A DNA stretch of 60,644 nucleotides from a candidate division WOR-3 bacterium (lineage in GTDB: Bacteria > Hydrothermota > Tepidihabitantia > B3-TA06): the NCBI GenBank assembly GCA_965649265.1, contig CBFGKC010000002.1, forward strand, positions 1 through 60,644, given 5' to 3'. This document shows positions 1-9,018 of the stretch, one piece after another; within the stretch, counting starts at the first letter, position 1, and each line of letters opens with the position of its first letter. The notes under the pieces are model-generated. The model had not been told where the DNA came from. It searched no databases and saw nothing but the letters and a program-made list of their open reading frames with translations. Made by a program: the position numbers and the translations under genes.

Positions 1-192
1 GTAATCCTCAGTCCCCTTCATGATTGTTCATTTTAAGCCTCTTTTCCCGATATGTCAATAAAAGCGCAGAGCCCCCTACCCTATGGGGTGCAGGCACCCC
101 AAGGGGTACGCTGTCCATCAAGGAGGGGGGAACTACTCACCCTCACCCTACCCTCCTCCGTCCAGAGGTAGGTACGAAATCTAATGCTGGTC

Positions 193-218
193 GGGCCGAC
201 TTAAAAGTCGTCCCCTAC
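193..218 (-). repeat. GTAG-type REP-like palindrome
   Basis: Minus strand reads GTAGGGGACGAC-TTTTAA-GTCGGCCC: GTAG tetranucleotide followed by an imperfect hairpin. Confidence 0.5.
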
Positions 219-230
219 GTTTCTGACCTA

Positions 231-301
231 AAGCTGCGGATGGAAACGCCTCGTAGGGGTACGGGTGCTTCTGAGGGGGGTGGGGTTACGGGTGTTACGG
301 G
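231..301. repeat. Repeat family A copy (internally deleted)
   Basis: AAGCTGCGGATGGAAACGCC...GTAGGGGTACGGG...GTTACGGGTGTTACGGG shared with 8062-8279, 10661-10810, 12201-12298, 30220-30341. Confidence 0.7.
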
Positions 302-369
302 GGAGTTGACTTTTTTCGGCTCGTGAATAGCATGCTGCATGATTCTCCAAAAAACGGGAGGCACGGGCC

Positions 370-783
370 TTGGATAGGCGAAAAAGGATCGTCACTGCCA
401 GCGTCATCGGAGGCCTTCTTGTGCTCGCCGGAGCCGCGTTCTTCTTCGACTGGATGGGCTGGATGCCCCTGTGGTGCTTTGTGCCGCTCGCCGTCTGCGA
501 AACGGTGGGCATCTGGCTGCTCGTGAGCACTCTAAAGCACAACGCCCGCAGCGCCCGCGAGGGACGCGAGGAGCGCCGCTTCATCCCGTTCGGTGTCGCG
601 GTCTTCCTCATTCTTTTCGGCGCAGGCATAGTGCTCGCGACCTTCAAGCTCATCCCGGACGTCGCGTGGGGCGTGGGCATATTGCTCATCTCACTGGGCG
701 GAACCTACATCTACCGGGGGGTGGTACTTCCCAACTCCAACGGCAAAAAGAAGCAAGAGTCCCAGGATGAGTCAAGCGAGTAG
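370..783 (+). CDS. Hypothetical membrane protein (about 4 TM)
   Basis: Four hydrophobic segments; GGGAGG upstream of TTG; overlaps next gene. Confidence 0.7.
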   Translation: MDRRKRIVTASVIGGLLVLAGAAFFFDWMGWMPLWCFVPLAVCETVGIWLLVSTLKHNARSAREGREERRFIPFGVAVFLILFGAGIVLATFKLIPDVAWGVGILLISLGGTYIYRGVVLPNSNGKKKQESQDESSE

Positions 784-1939
784 CTACCCCTCCTCCGATG
801 TGTTGATACGAAGGCCAGGTTCGCGGATACTGTTCGTGGACTTCTTCCGCGTGATCGCGGTCTTTCTCATGGTACAGGGGCACGTATTTCGCGCGCTGGC
901 AGGCAAGGCGCTCCAGGCGACGGGCTTCTGGAACGTTCACGAGTTCATCCACGGCTTCACGGCGCCCATATTCCTTTTCGGCTCCGGCCTCATCTTCATG
1001 GTGGTCACGCGCGGGCACTGGGAGGAGTACACGCATTTCGACACGCGGCTGTGGAAGCGCCTGCGACGCTACATTTACTTCCTCGTGGTCGGCTACTGGC
1101 TGCACCTGCCGATATTCAGCCTTTCAAGGACCGTCAAGTTGATGAACGCCCAGCTTCTTACCACGATGACGGTCGTGGACGTTCTGCACGTCATCTCGCT
1201 CGGGTTGATACTTTTGAACTTCATCTGCATGATAGCGCGCAAACCGAAGCGGATGATCTGGATTCTCCTGCCCTTAGCCGCGGCCTCGATCGCGCTCGCG
1301 CCGTTAATTACTAACGCCAAGATACCCGGCCCCGCACCCCTGGTTTCGTGGCTGACCACGCAGAACGGCTCGCCTTTCACCATCCTGCCGTGGTGGGGGT
1401 ACATATTCTTCGGCGCGGCCATGGGCTCCATTTTCCCCGAAACGAGTCGCCTGAAGGACGAGCGCAGGTTCGTTTTGATTGCGCTGGCTGTGGGCTGTGT
1501 TCTCCTCGCGGCCGGAGTAGTGACCATACACTTCAGGGTGAGGGCCACTGGTACCTCGCCCTCGTGGAGCCCGGAGCAGTCCTTACTGCGAATAGGCGGG
1601 GTGATGATTCTCATGTGCTTCGCGTGGCTCATGGAGCGCGTAGGTGTGGCCCGCCGCTGCAAGGCCGCGTTCTTTTTGAGCGAGGACACCCTCATCGCTT
1701 ACGTGACGCACCTGATTCTCGTCTACGGTTCCGTGCTCGGGCCCGGCATCGAGAAGATAATCGGACCCACCCTCGGCATATGGGGGCTCCTCATCGTGTT
1801 CGCGGGCGTCTCCATCGTGACAGTCGCGTTCACGTACTCCTGGAACTGGCTGAAGAAGGAGAACCTGAAAATAATGAAGATCCTCCAGACCGCAATGGCC
1901 GCAGCGTTCCTGGCGGCTTACTGCCTGAGGCCGCTCTGA
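767..1939 (+). CDS. Membrane acyltransferase (DUF1624/heparan-alpha-glucosaminide N-acetyltransferase-like)
   Basis: RILFVDFFRVIAVFLMVQGH, APIFLFGSG, VDVLHVI, F.ILPW.GY motifs; multi-TM. Confidence 0.8.
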   Translation: MSQASSYPSSDVLIRRPGSRILFVDFFRVIAVFLMVQGHVFRALAGKALQATGFWNVHEFIHGFTAPIFLFGSGLIFMVVTRGHWEEYTHFDTRLWKRLRRYIYFLVVGYWLHLPIFSLSRTVKLMNAQLLTTMTVVDVLHVISLGLILLNFICMIARKPKRMIWILLPLAAASIALAPLITNAKIPGPAPLVSWLTTQNGSPFTILPWWGYIFFGAAMGSIFPETSRLKDERRFVLIALAVGCVLLAAGVVTIHFRVRATGTSPSWSPEQSLLRIGGVMILMCFAWLMERVGVARRCKAAFFLSEDTLIAYVTHLILVYGSVLGPGIEKIIGPTLGIWGLLIVFAGVSIVTVAFTYSWNWLKKENLKIMKILQTAMAAAFLAAYCLRPL

Positions 1940-1968
1940 TGGCCCTCCTCAGAGCCCTCCTCAATCCT

Positions 1969-2084
1969 CCTCAGTCTGCTGAATTCCATTCTGCACATGC
2001 GCCTCCGGCGCTCACATTAGAGAGAAGAGGTAAAATGGCGGAAGCAAAGCTTGCGCCCAGCGCCTCCGGCGCTCGCCCTCAGAA
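1969..2084. repeat. Repeat family C copy 1
   Basis: Inverted near-copy at 27328-27449; contains GCGCCTCCGGCGCTC twice. Confidence 0.8.
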
Positions 2085-2104
2085 CCTTCCCCCGGTCCAT
2101 CATG

Positions 2105-2140
2105 CCTCATGACGTCGCTTCGCACTGCCATGGGGACCCC
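2105..2140 (-). repeat. Repeat family B (REP-like hairpin)
   Basis: CCTCATG...CATGGGGACCCC, 36 nt. Confidence 0.65.
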
Positions 2141-2209
2141 GGCTTCCACAAAGCCATCCTCATCCCGTCAGAATTCAGCCATCAGGGGTCAACTAAAAGG
2201 AGTTATTGA

Positions 2210-2953
2210 TTGAATCCTTCACTCTCCTATAGATCAGGTGGGCTCGAGGTTCGCGTTCTTTACTCGAGGGCGGGCGTGGCGACCACCATTCTCGTTTCCG
2301 TTAAGAGTTCCGGCTCGATTCTTCTGGACTGCGGGGACGGCTGCCTGCGCGACGTGCTGGAGCGGGGCGTCGACCTCGACTCCCTCAAAGCGGTACTCCT
2401 CTCCCACGGGCACTTCGACCACGTGGGCGGCCTGCACTCCATGCTGGGTTTCATGCGCATGATCGGCCGCAAGGACGACCTGCTCGTTATAGCACCGCAG
2501 GGTGCGCGCGAGCATCACCTGATTCTCGATGCGTTCGAATCCGCCTACATCGAAACCCTCCCATACCGCATTGTCAGGCGCGAGGTCTCCGACAATGAAA
2601 ACGTCGAAATCGGCGGTCTCCGCGTGACCGCCTTCAAAGTAGTTCACTCCGGGAGCACGAGCAAGGGGATAGGCCGGGAGCTTCCGGCTTTGGGTTACGA
2701 ACTTTCCTGCATGAATCAACGAATCGTCTACACCGGCGACACCGGGCTCGCATCGGCGCTGGAACCCCGCATCGAGGGGGCCGATCTCCTCATAGTCGAA
2801 GCGACGCTGAGGGAAAGCGGAGGCGAGATGGAGCAGCGCGTTCACCTGTCCCTGGAATCCGCAACCAGGCTCGCAATGCTGGCGAGGAGGGCATTCATCA
2901 TCCATCGCACTGCCGGGCTTGAGCTGGTGGATCACAATCCGGGAAAGTCGTAA
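2210..2953 (+). CDS. MBL-fold metallo-hydrolase, RNase Z-like
   Basis: LLDCG, SHGHFDHVGG (HxHxDH), YTGDT and EAT motifs; AAGGAG RBS. Confidence 0.85.
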   Translation: MNPSLSYRSGGLEVRVLYSRAGVATTILVSVKSSGSILLDCGDGCLRDVLERGVDLDSLKAVLLSHGHFDHVGGLHSMLGFMRMIGRKDDLLVIAPQGAREHHLILDAFESAYIETLPYRIVRREVSDNENVEIGGLRVTAFKVVHSGSTSKGIGRELPALGYELSCMNQRIVYTGDTGLASALEPRIEGADLLIVEATLRESGGEMEQRVHLSLESATRLAMLARRAFIIHRTAGLELVDHNPGKS

Positions 2954-3193
2954 ACGGCTTTCCCGTGACCTAAAGAACCACAGCGCCGTGTCTTTATTCT
3001 TTTCTGGAATCTGAATGTACGGTTGCAGACAAGCCGATCCTGGAAGGGGAGGGGTATCTGAACTGTCGGCAGATCAAGAGGAGCAAAGGGATGAGAAATC
3101 CATGGGCACCATAAAGGATAATCGTTTGCGCCGCTATTGACTGGAAACGGAATAGGATTAAACTACATCGAAAACTAAAATCACGGAGGAAAC

Positions 3194-4147
3194 ATGAAAA
3201 GGATTTTCGTCACAGCGGGGCTTTTACTTTCGACTTTGTCTTCTTTTGTTTATGCGGGGCAGGGCCCAAGGTGCATGATTTTTACGGTTGAAGACACACT
3301 AGTGACTCCGAATGCGATTCCCGGCCGTCTTTCCCCTTCCGGAAAGACCTTTGTATCCGGGATCTCGGACGAGGACGGGCACGACCTTTTATACATGTGG
3401 ACGCGCGCAACGCTCGATAAACCCTGGCAGGGTCCTGTCCTCATCGAGGGCGCGGTCAACGAGACTGCCGATTCCGTATCCAACATGCAGCCGACCATCT
3501 CCAATGACGGCCTCATGCTTGTATACACCCGCAACAAGGGCGGAGGATGGGAGGCAAACGACCTGTGGATGGCCACGCGTTCGTCCGTGAATGAGCGCTT
3601 CGACAACGTCAGGCCTCTCGCCGAACTCAATACCGACAATGCCGAGGCCTACCCCTATATCGCGCCTAAAGGATCAAGGCTCTACTACACATCAGACTCG
3701 AAGATTATGGTCGCCGAATACGACAAGAATACGAAGGCGTTCGGTAAACCCGCCGTGGTCGAGGTAGCGGACGTGGAATCAGCCATATCGTGCTGGGTGT
3801 CGGCCGACGAGAAGACGATACTAGTGACCGACGGCTCCGCCATTTACTGCGCCGAGCGCACCTCCGTAAATGAGTCTTTCGGCGAGACTGCGTCCCTCAC
3901 TCTCGAGGAGGTGGACGCGTTCGTCTCGGCCCCATCGCTTGATGCAGCGGGCGACCTTTACGTCTACATCTCGGCAACGAATCCGGCCGTATACAACGAT
4001 TACGATTATGACGAGGGCGATCAAGCCTATGACATTGAATACGAAGAAGAGGCTGCCCCGGACATGGAAGAAGATATGGATTATCCCGATGAAGAACCCG
4101 AGACCATCCAGGCCATACTCCACCTCGTATGCAGCGAAGGTGAATGA
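3194..4147 (+). CDS. Secreted PD40/TolB-like beta-propeller protein with acidic tail
   Basis: Signal peptide; PTISNDGLMLVY, DLWMATRSS, ELNT..EAYPYIAP repeats; promoter at 3137-3164. Confidence 0.75.
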   Translation: MKRIFVTAGLLLSTLSSFVYAGQGPRCMIFTVEDTLVTPNAIPGRLSPSGKTFVSGISDEDGHDLLYMWTRATLDKPWQGPVLIEGAVNETADSVSNMQPTISNDGLMLVYTRNKGGGWEANDLWMATRSSVNERFDNVRPLAELNTDNAEAYPYIAPKGSRLYYTSDSKIMVAEYDKNTKAFGKPAVVEVADVESAISCWVSADEKTILVTDGSAIYCAERTSVNESFGETASLTLEEVDAFVSAPSLDAAGDLYVYISATNPAVYNDYDYDEGDQAYDIEYEEEAAPDMEEDMDYPDEEPETIQAILHLVCSEGE

Positions 4148-4755
4148 TGTTCGGGAAAGTTTTCGTATACTCCTGGCGCTGGATTACGCATCCTTCGAAC
4201 GCGGCTGAGGACCAGCTTTACGAAAAACGCAACTCCGCCATAGGTTTCTGGGCCATTTTCATCTTCGGCATCCTCTACTCGACAACGGCACTTCTCCTGT
4301 ATCTTACCGGTTTCAGACCCGCTTTTGCACCGATACTGCCGATCCCGAAAGAAACTTATTACTTCTGGCAGACCTTCTTTACCCTGCCGTGGGCGATAGT
4401 CGCGTGGCTGTTTACGGGATTTATCGTCTACCTGTGGAACCGCATATTTACGCGAGAGCTTAAACGCGGGCTTTCCCACATCCTGGGTCCTCTGGGAATC
4501 CTCTCCGTTGTTCCCTGGTTCTTTTTTACATGGCTTCCCGAAACCGTACTTGCGCCGATCTTCGGCGTATGGTACTTCCCACCGTGGCCGGCGTGGGTCG
4601 AGATGCTGCATATAGCGGCACCAGCGTTGTGGATGGCAATTCTCCTGTTTTTCGCGGCGCGAAAGGTCTTCGACGCGAAATGGTTTCAGGCCCTGGGCAC
4701 GGCCATACTCGGAACTTCGGCGTACGTATTTATGTTCCTTTTGTTTATACGGTAG
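4144..4755 (+). CDS. Yip1-like membrane protein
   Basis: ITHP near the N-terminus plus about 5 TM helices; ATGA overlap with upstream gene. Confidence 0.65.
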   Translation: MMFGKVFVYSWRWITHPSNAAEDQLYEKRNSAIGFWAIFIFGILYSTTALLLYLTGFRPAFAPILPIPKETYYFWQTFFTLPWAIVAWLFTGFIVYLWNRIFTRELKRGLSHILGPLGILSVVPWFFFTWLPETVLAPIFGVWYFPPWPAWVEMLHIAAPALWMAILLFFAARKVFDAKWFQALGTAILGTSAYVFMFLLFIR

Positions 4756-4789
4756 ATTTCTCTCGTTGTTCGTAAGACCGCAGAACGGC

Positions 4790-4817
4790 TTGACAACCCT
4801 ATTCCTCTTACTATCAT
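4790..4817 (+). promoter_or_regulatory. sigma70-like promoter of STAS array
   Basis: TTGACA-16-TATCAT. Confidence 0.7.
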
Positions 4818-4857
4818 TAAGTAATCGCAGTTGTCGGTGTAATTCTGAGGAGCAGTT

Positions 4858-4995
4858 ATGAACAAAAAAAACGAGACTCGGGAGGTGGGAATATCGGCTT
4901 ACACCCGGGAGGGGGGTATACTTGCTTGTCGGGAGGGGGTTATAGTTGCATATAAATATTTTCGATATTTTGCTTGGGGGGCTTTTTTGAAATGA
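4858..4995 (+). CDS. Putative 45-aa leader/small protein with three REG-like repeats
   Basis: GAGGAG RBS; MNKKNETREVGISAYTREGGILACREGVIVAYKYFRYFAWGAFLK; too short for the ORF track. Confidence 0.4.
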   Translation: MNKKNETREVGISAYTREGGILACREGVIVAYKYFRYFAWGAFLK

Positions 4996-5050
4996 ACGGC
5001 ACGACCGGAACACCAGCAGAAAAAAACGCGCAGCCTGAAGGCAGAGGAAA

Positions 5051-5422
5051 ATGATTCCCAAGATGTGGTTCGATGATAGCGAGGAGGTTCTCTGGATTGT
5101 GTTCAGGGAGAAGTGGACCGAGGAAGACGTACCGGGGATTTTTTCGCAAATGAAGACTCATTTCGGTGACAGAAACGACCGCTTGATAATAGCCGATCTT
5201 GCCGGCGCGCCGCCCCAGCAATACAGCAAGGAAATGCGCATGCTGCTGGCGACGATGATATCCGAATTCCCGATTCACAGGGTAGGGGTCATCGGCGCGA
5301 ACCAGGCGCTGCGATTGATGGCAAAATTTCTCGTGAGCGTGCTCAGGACGAAAATTCCCATGGAAGCCGAGTTTTTCAAAACCCGCGATGAGGCACTGCT
5401 GTGGCTCAAGAGGAAGGCATGA
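5051..5422 (+). CDS. SpoIIAA-like STAS/SEC14 domain protein, copy 1
   Basis: WFD start, IIADL, RLMAK, FFKTRDEALLWL C-terminus. Confidence 0.85.
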   Translation: MIPKMWFDDSEEVLWIVFREKWTEEDVPGIFSQMKTHFGDRNDRLIIADLAGAPPQQYSKEMRMLLATMISEFPIHRVGVIGANQALRLMAKFLVSVLRTKIPMEAEFFKTRDEALLWLKRKA

Positions 5423-5558
5423 TGCCGCAAAATGCGCAATCTGCAGCGGACAACAAAGGTGTTACTTTAATGACGAAGAGGTGCATAATGGCGAAAAAGA
5501 ACAAGAACGGCCGGCATATTCCGGGAGAGGGCCCGCGCGTCCGGGACCGGGTGAGAAT

Positions 5559-5936
5559 ATGGAAAAATTCGTAATCACATACGACGACGAGAACGACATC
5601 GTGCGTGTAAGAATACTCGAGGCAATCGGCGGGGAAGATATCGAGGCGCTTTCGATGCAATTCCAGAATGTGGTAAAGGGAAAATCCCGCCGGTACGTCC
5701 TGATTGATTTGTCCGCCAGCGAGGGGTTCTCCACCCAGGTGATGACTAAAGAGCTGCGTGACACGTATAAAAAAATTGCTTCGCTCATGGAATCCGACAG
5801 AAGCGCGATATTCGGCGCCTCGCCCTCGGTGCGCATGGTCGCAAAGATCGCCCTTACCGTAACCGGGAAGTCGAAAACCACCAGGTTCTTTAAAACGATG
5901 GAGGAGGCCGTTGACTGGCTGAAGAAAGAGTCTTAA
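5559..5936 (+). CDS. SpoIIAA-like STAS/SEC14 domain protein, copy 2
   Basis: Start reassigned to MEKFVITYDD by paralog alignment; VLIDLS, GASPSVRMVAK, FFKTMEEAVDWL. Confidence 0.85.
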   Translation: MEKFVITYDDENDIVRVRILEAIGGEDIEALSMQFQNVVKGKSRRYVLIDLSASEGFSTQVMTKELRDTYKKIASLMESDRSAIFGASPSVRMVAKIALTVTGKSKTTRFFKTMEEAVDWLKKES

Positions 5937-5986
5937 GATAAAACAATTCGAGATTCAAAGACACAGAAGTGTGTGTAAGGAGAGGC

Positions 5987-6064
5987 ATGACAGTAATGAT
6001 TAAGGACACGAGGTTCTCTGAAACAGAAGAAGGCATTGCCCGGTTAAAGAAAGGAGAATCGTGA
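5987..6064 (+). pseudogene. C-terminal remnant of a further STAS/SEC14 paralog
   Basis: MTVMIKDTRFSETEEGIARLKKGES resembles TKFFKTEEEAREWLKK; RBS present; GTGA overlap with copy 3. Confidence 0.5.
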
Positions 6065-6492
6065 AGTCCCGGATATGGTACGACGACGATCACGGAATCA
6101 TAAGGTGCTTAATCACCGGCCCCTTTAACACCGGTGACGTGAAAAAAGCCATACTCGAGCTCATGGCCCTCCTGGAATCCTCGGGAACACGTCTCGTCCT
6201 CGTCAATACGAACGATGCGGAAAGGATGATCCCGCCTTGCCGGGAACGAAGTGAAATCAGTGAGTGGTTAAAGAAAGTGAAATGGGAAAAAGCAGCGGTG
6301 GTGGGTACGGATTCTTTTGTGCGCTTGTCGGCCAAGCTGATTCTTTCCGCTTTCACAAAATTGAAAACTGTCCAGTTTTTCAGCAATGAAAAGGGAGCCC
6401 TTTACTGGCTTAAGGACGGAGCGGCACAGAAAGCAAAACCCGGTATCCCGGCAATGCAGGAGCAGACAAAAAAAGCCGATCCTTACTGTTGA
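6061..6492 (+). CDS. SpoIIAA-like STAS/SEC14 domain protein, copy 3
   Basis: IWYDDD, KAAVVG, RLSAK, FFSNEKGALYWL. Confidence 0.85.
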   Translation: MKSRIWYDDDHGIIRCLITGPFNTGDVKKAILELMALLESSGTRLVLVNTNDAERMIPPCRERSEISEWLKKVKWEKAAVVGTDSFVRLSAKLILSAFTKLKTVQFFSNEKGALYWLKDGAAQKAKPGIPAMQEQTKKADPYC

Positions 6493-6590
6493 CCCAGGAT
6501 GCATTCAGAGTAATATTACCCCGTTTTAACCGAGGAAGGAAAGAAGCAAGAACCGGTGCGGTGAACCTGAACCGATGAAAGGAGAGCAGG

Positions 6591-6962
6591 TTGAAGTACA
6601 AGGTATGGTTTGATGAAGAGATAGGCGCGGTATGTTTCAAACAGATGGAACCTTTAACGGTCGAAGATGTACATGTTGTTGTTCCTCAAATGCTCGAGCT
6701 GGTAAAAGGGAAAAGCCATCGATATGTGTTTGTTGATTTATCGGAAGCAACTACAGGTATCGTTGACAGGGAAGCGAGGAAAGCTTTTAGTGAACTTGCC
6801 GATCCCAGGAACTTTGAGCGGATTGCCGTTTATGGGGCTTCACCATCAATAAGGATGCTGGCCAAAATCATTCTGGCCGTGAACGGGGTTTCAAATGTCA
6901 CCAAGTTCTTTAAAACCGAAGAAGAAGCCCGTGAGTGGCTCAAGAAGGATCAAGTAAAGTGA
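6591..6962 (+). CDS. SpoIIAA-like STAS/SEC14 domain protein, copy 4
   Basis: YKVWFDEE, VFVDLS, GASPSIRMLAK, FFKTEEEAREWL. Confidence 0.85.
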   Translation: MKYKVWFDEEIGAVCFKQMEPLTVEDVHVVVPQMLELVKGKSHRYVFVDLSEATTGIVDREARKAFSELADPRNFERIAVYGASPSIRMLAKIILAVNGVSNVTKFFKTEEEAREWLKKDQVK

Positions 6963-7321
6963 AATACGAAGTGTGGTTTGACGAAAATAACAACCTGGCG
7001 AGGGGCGTGGTCAACGAATCCCTGAACGGCCAGGAGGCGGAAGAGATGATGCGCGAAATGGAGGAACTTTTAAAGAAGCACAACCTCCGAAAGGGGATAA
7101 TGGATCTCTCGAAAGCGAACTCCATTACGAAAGTCAGCAAGGAGACGAGGGATGTTTACAGAAAACACTCAAAGACCCTTCCCCTGGACAAAGCGGCCAT
7201 AATCGTCACCTCGCCGATTTTAAGGATGATTGCCAAGGCGGCAGTGTCGGCACTCGGCAGCGGCATGGAAGCCAGATTCCTGAAAACCGAGCGGGAGGCC
7301 CTGGACTGGTTGAAGGATTAA
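6959..7321 (+). CDS. SpoIIAA-like STAS/SEC14 domain protein, copy 5
   Basis: GTG start overlapping previous stop (GTGA); YEVWFDE, IMDLS, FLKTEREALDWL. Confidence 0.85.
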   Translation: MKYEVWFDENNNLARGVVNESLNGQEAEEMMREMEELLKKHNLRKGIMDLSKANSITKVSKETRDVYRKHSKTLPLDKAAIIVTSPILRMIAKAAVSALGSGMEARFLKTEREALDWLKD

Positions 7322-7380
7322 TCGTCCTGAGCCTTTTCGAAGAGGGATGATAAAGACAAAGACATGGGTGACGGGCTTCC

Positions 7381-7408
7381 TTGACAAGTTGATATTCCAG
7401 AGTATATT
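7381..7408 (+). promoter_or_regulatory. sigma70-like promoter of STAS copy 6
   Basis: TTGACA-16-TATATT. Confidence 0.65.
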
Positions 7409-7461
7409 ATATTGAACCTATTGAGGTTCGATTAAGAACCGCTTAGAATCTGGAGGTAGAG

Positions 7462-7848
7462 ATGAGACATCAGGTATGGTTCGATAAGGAATACGATGTC
7501 TTACGGGAGAAGTTTCTGGGAGGTTTCACCGAAGAAGACGTACCACACTATCTTGCGCGTGTCAGAGAAGTCTACGGTTCAAGCAAGCACCATAAAGTCA
7601 TCGTCGATCTCTCGGAGGCAAGGCAGCCTTTCTACGACCGCAGAACAAGGCAGCTCTTGATAGAAGGCGCGGGCAGGCTCAGGTATAAGGAAGAAAGGGT
7701 GGCCATGCTGAACGCCAGCCCCGACATCAGGATGCTTATAAAAGTACTCGTGGCCGGCATGCGTCAGCACGGCAAGGACGTTGAGGCGCGCTTCTTTGAG
7801 TCCGAGAAAGAGGCGCTTGGCTGGTTAAAGAACGGCGGCGAAGAGTAG
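7462..7848 (+). CDS. SpoIIAA-like STAS/SEC14 domain protein, copy 6
   Basis: HQVWFDKE, VIVDLS, ASPDIRMLIK, FFESEKEALGWL; GGAGG RBS. Confidence 0.85.
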   Translation: MRHQVWFDKEYDVLREKFLGGFTEEDVPHYLARVREVYGSSKHHKVIVDLSEARQPFYDRRTRQLLIEGAGRLRYKEERVAMLNASPDIRMLIKVLVAGMRQHGKDVEARFFESEKEALGWLKNGGEE

Positions 7849-8061
7849 AAGCACATCTTCCGGGGGAGGAGGGGTGTTTAGGGTTATTTCCACGAAAATG
7901 AGTGCACCCCAAGCCAAAATTCCGGCCGGCTTCTTTTTAAATGGCCTACCCGATGGTAGTTATTTGGAACGTATCCCCAGATATCGTTTATTTCTCCTCT
8001 CGAGGTAAACAAAAGCATCAATACATTCATAAGCTTGTGCGTAATCATGTTCCTCTTTACT

Positions 8062-8279
8062 AACGCCCTATGATATATAGCCATATCTCAAGGGTCAGAC
8101 CCTCCCCCGTAGGGGACGGGAGGGGTGTTACCGGTGAGGGTTACTGAGGAGGGTGGGAGTGTTACGGGTGTTATTTCCTTGTGGTATAAACTGCATATAA
8201 GAATGACCTATGGAAAGAAGATTCATTCCAAGGGTCAGACCCTGCCCAGAAGGGGGACGGGTGTTACGGGTGTTACGGG
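8062..8279. repeat. Repeat family A, two tandem units
   Basis: CCTATGA/GG..hairpin..CAAGGGTCAGACCCT..GGGGACGGG occurs twice, with GTGTTACGGG runs. Confidence 0.8.
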
Positions 8280-8830
8280 ACGCTTTTTTCTATTTTCCGC
8301 AGACCCTTGACCACGAACTCGAAGGCGGATATGGAACGCTCGAAGGCGTCCTCGGACTGTGCCGAAAGCGAGATGACGGCGACGGTCTGGTCCATTCTCA
8401 CGTACGCGGTGCGCTCGTACAGCTCGTAGGCGCTCTTTTCAGGCGCGAAGCTGCGAACGAGTGCAAGAAGGCTGTCGGCGGTTTCCAGCGTGTTTTCCCT
8501 GGTGATTGCGACGCCGGGATAATCCGTTGAGAGCCTGGCGTTATCTTCCGTCACCCATGTTTCCAGCGACTTGCCTTCGAGGGGAAAAGCGTTGGCGTAG
8601 ATGATGACGTCGGTGGTCGTGAGGTCGGTTTCGACAGGGTACATGACTGCCTTTGCGCCCACTATGTAGGCGTACTTGGTATCGAAGAGCCAGCCTTTTG
8701 GTGCGCCTATGACGAAGGAGTAACCGGGGCCTCCGATTAAACCGCCCGCGCCTTCGCGTTCATCCTCTTCCTGAGCAGCGAGAAAGACGAACGCGCCCAG
8801 CAGGAGTAGTGATGGGAAAAAACGTCTCAT
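8273..8830 (-). CDS. Hypothetical exported protein
   Basis: Start reassigned to MRRFFPSLLLL (signal peptide); TTGACA-16-TAACAT 5 nt upstream. Confidence 0.7.
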   Translation of the reverse strand: MRRFFPSLLLLGAFVFLAAQEEDEREGAGGLIGGPGYSFVIGAPKGWLFDTKYAYIVGAKAVMYPVETDLTTTDVIIYANAFPLEGKSLETWVTEDNARLSTDYPGVAITRENTLETADSLLALVRSFAPEKSAYELYERTAYVRMDQTVAVISLSAQSEDAFERSISAFEFVVKGLRKIEKSVP

Positions 8831-9018
8831 GCGAAATGTTACCTCTCCCCTCTCAAATGTCAAGACCATACACAGTGAAATCAGGGGATGCATTCCTGCC
8901 TCTCCCTCGCGCAAGAGACCGCCAAAAGGCTGCGGGGAATAAGAAACGCCGGTTTGGAGACATGATGGAGCAATTACATTTAAAAAGCGGACTGGATTCC
9001 GCTTTCAGAATTCTGCAC

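Noticed and set aside
1348-2112. 254-aa alternative-frame ORF sharing SAEFHS.HAPPALTL with ORF 27277-27630
   Set aside because: The similarity comes from read-through into DNA repeat family C; both ORFs overlap real genes.
4081-5061. 326-aa minus-strand ORF
   Set aside because: Antisense shadow of the Yip1-like gene and promoter region with no recognisable motifs.
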